32,000 bases of DNA, taken from positions 8,570 to 40,569 of the forward strand of contig NJBF01000036.1 of NCBI GenBank assembly GCA_003144275.1, written 5' to 3'. The DNA comes from Candidatus Heimdallarchaeota archaeon B3_Heim. GTDB lineage: Archaea; Asgardarchaeota; Heimdallarchaeia; Hodarchaeales; Hodarchaeaceae. Each line of letters starts with the position of its first letter. Position 1 is the first letter of the stretch. Both the position numbers and the translations under genes were made by a program. This document shows positions 26,378-32,000 of the stretch, piece by piece. The notes under the pieces are model-generated. The model did not search any database. It saw only the letters and a program-made list of their open reading frames with translations, and was not told the origin of the DNA.

Positions 26378-27100
26378 TCAAGATTTGAATCCTTGCTTAC
26401 TTAGAATTTTAACACGACCATTTTTTTCTCCAATATAGGCTTTATTCACCATATTTATGAATAATCCTGAATCTACTACCCCAGTTAAGACTTTTAGTTG
26501 CGAAGAGAGCTTTTCTGGATCAGATATTTTTCCAAAATCTACATCCAATATGAAGTTTCCATTATCAGTAATTAGAGGGCCAATTTTCGCAAGTCCTTGC
26601 CTTAATTTTGCTTTTCCCCCCATTTTCTCAAGTTTTTGTACAAGTGGGATATGAGCTTCAGGAATTATCTCAACAGGAACCCCTTGTACCCAATACTCAC
26701 CCAATTGGGAGGAATTTTTCTGCCAATCAGCGATGATGATCAGCTTTTTGGCACTTTCAGCAACAATTTTCTCCTGAACTAAACATCCTCCACCCCCCTT
26801 GATTACATTTAAATCTGATGTAATTTCATCTGCTCCATCTATTGCTAAGTCCAGTGTTGGAAATTGATCTAATGATCCAAGTGGTAATCCTTCGTCTATA
26901 ATTAACTTCTTCGCTTGATAAGAAGTTGGTATACAAGTAATATTCCAGCCGTTCTTAGCAACGAGGGCAGCTAACTCACGAACAGCGTAAATAATTGTTG
27001 ATCCACTACCCACCCCAATTATTACGTTATCACGTAGATTCTCCTTTACCGCTAACTTAGCTGCCTCTCTCTTGGCTCTTTCAACTGATTCTGGGTTCAT
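26378..27100 (-). CDS. rpiA: Ribose-5-phosphate isomerase A
   Basis: GVGSGST, DGADE, KGGGG..QEKIVA and TDNGNFILD. Confidence 0.97.
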   Translation of the reverse strand: [240 protein letters not shown]

Positions 27101-27147
27101 AAGAAATCCTCATAGTTTGATTTCCAACTCCCCTCTACCCCCTTGAG

Positions 27148-28899
27148 TTACTCTCGTGATCGTTCCTCATCTTTTAAGACGCGTCTTAATACCTTCCCGA
27201 TGTCTGACAGAGGTAATTGCGAACGTATCTCTATGTAACGCTCATCATACGGTTGTTTGTATTTTACTAATTTTCTTCGAGAATACTCCAAAATTTCTTC
27301 TTTAGTTAAATCACTATTTGGTTTTGGGACTATATAGAGTTTTACAGTTTCACCTACTGAAGGGTGAGATACCCCAATACACGCAGCATTAGAAATTTTT
27401 GGATGTTCTATCAAAACCTCTTCAATTTCTCGTGGATAGGCTTTAAATCCTCCAACATTAATTAAATCCTTTTTTCTATCAGTTATATAGAAATAAAAGT
27501 CCGAATCATACTTACCAATATCACCAGTGAGAAAATATCTTTTCCCATCAATATCCCTCATGACTTCAGCCGTTTCTTCAGGTCTCTTGTAATATCCTTT
27601 CATTACCTGAGGTCCAGAAATTGCTATTTCTCCTTCCATGTCGATTCCTAGTTGTTTTGTGCCTGTTTCAATATCAAGGATAATTGATTCTGTATCAGGA
27701 ACTGGAATCCCGACAGACCCATCTTTTTTCAGGGGTGTATCTGTTCCTGGAGCTGGAGACATTGGAATGATGTGAGAAACAGGAGATGTTTCAGTCAAAC
27801 CGTATCCTTCGGCAAGATTAGCTCCAGATATGGCTTCGAATTCCTGTAAAACTGAAACCGGTAATGGAGCTGCCCCACTTGTACTTGTCAATAAGAAGCT
27901 CAAATCATATTTCTTCAAATCTGGATGATTGAGTAAAGCCATGTAGAGAGTGGGTACTGTGTTGAAAATTTGTACCTTATATTTTTCCAGGAGATACAGA
28001 ATTTGACTGAACCTATTTTCACGGGGATCGAGCATTAAAACCATGAGGCCCCCAAAAAATATTCCTAAGTTCATAGATGTTGTCGCTCCATAACTGTGGA
28101 AAAAGGGTAGACTGCCAATTCCAATTACTGTTCCGCGTTCTGGAGCTGGATCCATCCATACTGAACACTGTATCACATTACTTACAAGATTTCTATTTGT
28201 TAACATGGCTCCTTTAGGTGTACCAGTTGTTCCTCCTGTGAACATAATTACAGCAACATCGTCAGGTTTAATTGTAACTTTTGGACGTCCTTTGGGGTTA
28301 TACTTTTCAAATATATCTTTCATATAGATATCTCGGGAATCTAACTTACTGATTTTCCCCATCAATCCGCCTAAAAATCCTTTTATCTTAGAAAGGTAGG
28401 GTTTAACGCTAGCTACCACAATAAATTCCAAAGGAATTTTTCCCTCATCCCTTACTGCCTTACAAGTTTCATAAGGAGAAGCACTTGCTGTTATCATATC
28501 TGCACACACAATTCCACGTGCTTCACTTTGGATAACTTGTCCAGCTAGCTCACTCGCTGGATATTGGAAATTCAAGCTCACTACTGTTGCACCTGCTTTT
28601 AAAATTCCATAATAAGCTACTACAAACTCCACCATATTTGGGAGAAATACTGCAATTTTATCTCCTTGCTGAATTCCCTTTTCTACTAAAAAGGAAGCGA
28701 ACCTATCAGTTTGGTCGCCTAATTCAGCATATCTAACACGTGCAATTTTGTCAAAACTAGTTGTTTCCAGCACAAGAGCATCATTTTCAGGAAAATCTTT
28801 TACCGCATCATCTAAAAATTGAAAAAGAGGGATTTCTGGATACTCTATATGTTTTGGAACTTTTTCTGGGTATAACGGAATATCATCTGGAGTGACCAT
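27148..28899 (-). CDS. fadD: Long-chain fatty acid-CoA ligase (ANL superfamily)
   Basis: FTGGTTGTPKG, GYGLTETSP, TGDIG, DRKKDLI and IGKVLRR. GGTG SD favours ATG 28899; the track extends to 29019. Confidence 0.9.
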   Translation of the reverse strand: MVTPDDIPLYPEKVPKHIEYPEIPLFQFLDDAVKDFPENDALVLETTSFDKIARVRYAELGDQTDRFASFLVEKGIQQGDKIAVFLPNMVEFVVAYYGILKAGATVVSLNFQYPASELAGQVIQSEARGIVCADMITASASPYETCKAVRDEGKIPLEFIVVASVKPYLSKIKGFLGGLMGKISKLDSRDIYMKDIFEKYNPKGRPKVTIKPDDVAVIMFTGGTTGTPKGAMLTNRNLVSNVIQCSVWMDPAPERGTVIGIGSLPFFHSYGATTSMNLGIFFGGLMVLMLDPRENRFSQILYLLEKYKVQIFNTVPTLYMALLNHPDLKKYDLSFLLTSTSGAAPLPVSVLQEFEAISGANLAEGYGLTETSPVSHIIPMSPAPGTDTPLKKDGSVGIPVPDTESIILDIETGTKQLGIDMEGEIAISGPQVMKGYYKRPEETAEVMRDIDGKRYFLTGDIGKYDSDFYFYITDRKKDLINVGGFKAYPREIEEVLIEHPKISNAACIGVSHPSVGETVKLYIVPKPNSDLTKEEILEYSRRKLVKYKQPYDERYIEIRSQLPLSDIGKVLRRVLKDEERSRE

Positions 28900-29077
28900 T
28901 TCGAACAACACCATTAATTTGTATAGATTTGTTTTCCTAATGTGGGATAAGTGGCTATTAATAAAGTTAATCGCTACCTTAACTCTGCGTGAAGGCTGGT
29001 TAACGTTTAATAATCCCAATTAGGGATTCTAAATAGTTTGTTTAAATAAGAAAAAAGAATTTGGAAATGGAAAAGAT

Positions 29078-29218
29078 CTAATGCCAATGCCATTTATCCG
29101 TAGGCTCGATCTTAGGTTCCAATCCATACTTTACTTCCAAAGGATGAAGATTTTCTTTTTTGTGCAATCCCTTCTGAAGAATCACATCATCCGCCTTTTT
29201 ATCAGTACTTGGTTCCAC
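29078..29218 (-). CDS. Candidate 46-aa small protein ending WHWH
   Basis: GTG-started frame MEPSTDKKADDVILQKGLHKKENLHPLEVKYGLEPKIEPTDKWHWH, below the ORF-track cutoff. Confidence 0.35.
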   Translation of the reverse strand: MEPSTDKKADDVILQKGLHKKENLHPLEVKYGLEPKIEPTDKWHWH

Positions 29219-29232
29219 CTTTTCTCATTCCT

Positions 29233-29267
29233 GGGCCTTTGTTAGTATTTTGCTCTCTCAAAGGCCC
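29233..29267. other. 9-bp inverted repeat (GGGCCTTTG-17 nt-CAAAGGCCC)
   Basis: Perfect GC-rich stem in AT-rich intergenic DNA. Confidence 0.6.
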
Positions 29268-29456
29268 GAGAAATAGTGGAGTAATTCTACTAATAAAGAA
29301 CGTTACTACCTAAGTGCTACTAGGTCGAATTAGTGGAAATTGGAAACAATTATAAAGCAAGATGAGTGTAATTTCAAGTCAGGAACAAAAATCTGATTTT
29401 TCACTCGTCCTTGGTAAGTTCTTTTTAGTCCCTTCTAATTCTCTCGTAACTGTTGA

Positions 29457-30881
29457 ATGATAGTGCCTCCTCGAATTAAAGAAACGAAAGATCCCGTGAA
29501 ACTTGTACGATCTGGAATCTTTGCACTTAATAACAAAAAATGGAAAAAAGCTGTAAGGAAATTCGAGCTCGCATTAAATGATGAAGAAATACAAAATAAT
29601 GCGATTGTTTGGGCTAACTACGGTATTGCTCTCACTAATTTGAAACAACTATCTAAAGCACTTAGTGCTTTTTCAGCAGCTGTTCAAATTGACAGCAAAA
29701 ATGATGCATTTTGGTTAAAAAAAGGTCTTGTAGAATATCAAATGGAGCTCAATCGGGAGGCAGAAAAAAGTTTCAATCGTGCTGTAAAACTTAACAAGAC
29801 GAATGATGAAATTCCTATCCTTATATCCCGAAGTCTACAGAAACAAGAGGAGTTCAAGAAAGCTATCAAGGTATTAGAATCTGCTAGAAAGAAATATCCT
29901 AATTCTGCAAAAATACCTATAGAACTTGCAAGAATCTGGGAAAATCAGGAACAAGGGGAGAAATCAGTAGCTGTTCTTCACAACGCACTAAAGGAGACAA
30001 ACCATCCCGATCCTGGACTCCTTCTGGGACAAATACTATTAGATGATCAAGAATATGAAAAAGCGATTGATATCTATTCATTGGTGTTAGAACGTTTTCC
30101 AGATTCATATCATGCTCAATATGGTATTGGAGTTGGGTATCATGCCACAAAAAAATATCAGAAAGCGTTAGATAATTATCGAAGCGTAATAACCAAGTAC
30201 CGATCAACTAAACCTCCTCAAAGTCTTTACATTAACATTGCACGAGTACTTAGAGAGATGAAGAGGCCAAAAGAAGCAATAGATGCACTATTCCGAGCTA
30301 AAAAACTTGGAAAATCATCATTAGAGATTTCTCTTTTACTGGCAGATCTTTACATCGATACTAATCGTCCAGATAGAGCTAAACTATCATTAGAGGATAG
30401 TATTCAGATGAATAAGACAAATCCTGCTCTACGATATTATCTGGGTATGACTTACATTCAATTGGAGTCGTTTAGTGAAGCTAAAAGGTGTTTTAAACAA
30501 AGTATTGAGTTAGATTCTTCTTTTCAGGAAAGTAAGATTCAACTAGCTAAGCTTGCTATTCGTGAAAAAAAATATCAAGAGGCATATTCGATAGTAAGTG
30601 AAATTGTCAAAGTCGACCCTAATCATCTCACAGCTAAACGTCTTACTGCTCAATTAGCGTTTGATTTGAGAGATTTTCGTCGCACGATTGACTTAATCCA
30701 ACCAATGGTAGAAAAAGACCCTTCTCAGATAAAAGATCTTGAGATGTTGTTAAATGCATGGCTTGTCCTTAGTCAGCCTGAAAAAGCGCATAAATTTATG
30801 GATGAGCTCTTAGAAGTTGATAAAGGTTTGAGGACTCAACTTAAATCTATTGCATTTTTTGATCAGTTCTTGAATAAGTAG
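29457..30881 (+). CDS. Multi-TPR repeat protein
   Basis: Repeated 34-aa helix-pair pattern along the whole length (W.N.G.AL, A...F..A...D, ..Y.LG..Y). Confidence 0.9.
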   Translation: MIVPPRIKETKDPVKLVRSGIFALNNKKWKKAVRKFELALNDEEIQNNAIVWANYGIALTNLKQLSKALSAFSAAVQIDSKNDAFWLKKGLVEYQMELNREAEKSFNRAVKLNKTNDEIPILISRSLQKQEEFKKAIKVLESARKKYPNSAKIPIELARIWENQEQGEKSVAVLHNALKETNHPDPGLLLGQILLDDQEYEKAIDIYSLVLERFPDSYHAQYGIGVGYHATKKYQKALDNYRSVITKYRSTKPPQSLYINIARVLREMKRPKEAIDALFRAKKLGKSSLEISLLLADLYIDTNRPDRAKLSLEDSIQMNKTNPALRYYLGMTYIQLESFSEAKRCFKQSIELDSSFQESKIQLAKLAIREKKYQEAYSIVSEIVKVDPNHLTAKRLTAQLAFDLRDFRRTIDLIQPMVEKDPSQIKDLEMLLNAWLVLSQPEKAHKFMDELLEVDKGLRTQLKSIAFFDQFLNK

Positions 30882-30891
30882 GTAGCTAAAA

Positions 30892-31160
30892 TTGACCTTT
30901 AATTTAAGAGGAAAGACGCATATCTTAATGGATTGTGATGGGGTAATATGGAGAGGGAATCAGGCAATTCCTGGAGCTAAAGAAGTACTAGAGAATTTAG
31001 AAAATCAGGGATATCATTTAGGTTTTGTGACAAATAATTCAAGTCTGTCACGAAAGGGATTCTACCAGAAATTCGTCTCATTAGGTTTTCATCCAGAAAA
31101 ATATCTCATCATTAATTCGGGGTATGGAGCAGCTGTTTATCTTAATAACAACAAAATAAT
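30892..31160 (+). pseudogene. HAD-IIA phosphatase (PGP/NagD-like), 5' part only, interrupted near 31160
   Basis: Motif I DCDGVIW and motif II FVTNNSS are present. Similarity ends after AAVYLNNNKI; the cap domain and motifs III/IV are missing. Confidence 0.8.
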
Positions 31161-32000
31161 TTCATTCATGAGGACAGAAAAAGAGGACATTTCCTGCAGT
31201 CCATGGAGACCTTTTGTTGACCATATCCTTCTGTTGCCATATTAAGATTGTTATTAATATATATGTATGTCACAGGTGATGGCCCTGGCAGTGGCCGCAG
31301 CAGCAGTCGCAGTAGTGCCAGTAGCAGTTACTCTCGTGGTAGCAAGAGGGCACCACGTCGATAAACAATGTTGAAGCCAAATAGAGTATTAGATGAAATT
31401 CTGGGTATGGGTCTGATACATTTACAAGACACGCACACAAATTGTTGTATATCTACTGAGAAGAACAATTCCAAAAAGAGAGATAACTGGACTTGTAGCT
31501 GAGAGTTTGGGATGCCCCATTTATCATGCTTTGCATGGACCACCTACAATGACACATTGTAAATCCTTTTCTGTCCATTCTCAATTTTAATTTTCATGGA
31601 AAAGTGATGTTTAGCGTGAAAGGTATGCACTCAAGATGGCTTTTGCTAAGGCCGGTTTTATATAATTCCTTGTAAATAGCTTCACATTGTAAATACAGTC
31701 ACATGAAAGTGTACTACATGTGGAGTCTCTGAACTTTGCCTGTGATTCTGTGGAATGTTTCATGAATAAACAAATGTCAGTCTATGTGCAATGTTTCTGG
31801 CTTTCTCGCTGTTGTTAATCATTTCAATATTTCCACTGTGTACGGGAAATGAAAGTACAATTTGAATGAAAAGTTTGAAAAAGTCGCATATGAAATAGAG
31901 TAAAAAGATTTTTTTTGAATTTTTTTTTGAGTTTTGATGAAATAGAAGGAAAAGTTGCGATTATTTATTATATGCTAGAAAGTTGGATTACAAACAATTT
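31161..32000. other. Foreign, eukaryote-like DNA (probable chimeric junction or contaminant)
   Basis: No convincing prokaryotic ORF; AT-rich intron-like tract ending TATATATGTATGTCACAG, a Ser/Arg/Gly low-complexity exon-like block 31276-31364, then a long UTR-like stretch with T8 and T9 runs. Confidence 0.6.

Noticed and set aside
1100-26654. Numerous short antisense or overlapping ORFs in the track (e.g. 1100-1333, 4354-4683, 10314-10673, 15382-15609, 23945-24334)
   Set aside because: They are shadows of well-supported genes and have no motifs.
31328-31543. Minus-strand 71-aa ORF in the terminal segment
   Set aside because: No motif or SD, and it lies in the non-native-looking DNA.
1-32000. 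CRISPR array, tRNA, rRNA or transposase
   Set aside because: No regularly spaced repeats, T-loop/cloverleaf, rRNA signatures or DDE/HUH/TnpB motifs were seen.

Overview
AT-rich archaeal chromosomal window, most consistent with an Asgard archaeon (Heimdallarchaeia/Hodarchaeales-like). This placement is an inference from an Arf-like small GTPase, a longin-like protein, LRR and TPR proteins, GGTG/GAGG Shine-Dalgarno motifs and eukaryote-like RpiA and HAD-IIA enzymes. Left to right: a partial cyclase/kynurenine formamidase; a glucose dehydrogenase-GH63-GH13 cassette; a His-paired membrane protein; a PaaI thioesterase; a GC-enriched, hairpin-rich non-coding element (~7410-7690); VOC protein; nadA; SRPBCC; an Arf-like GTPase fused to a winged-helix domain; several small accessory genes; a longin-like protein; a PNPOx-like/MarR/LRR/GNAT cluster; pgi; a membrane-anchored rhodanese; an unannotated start-less 2x[4Fe-4S] frame; lplA plus a complete 2-oxoacid dehydrogenase operon; rpiA; an acyl-CoA ligase; a TPR protein; and a HAD-IIA gene that breaks off near 31160 into eukaryote-looking DNA (probable chimeric junction). 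No tRNA, rRNA, CRISPR array or intact transposase was seen. All family assignments come from motif recognition by eye; no database searches were run.
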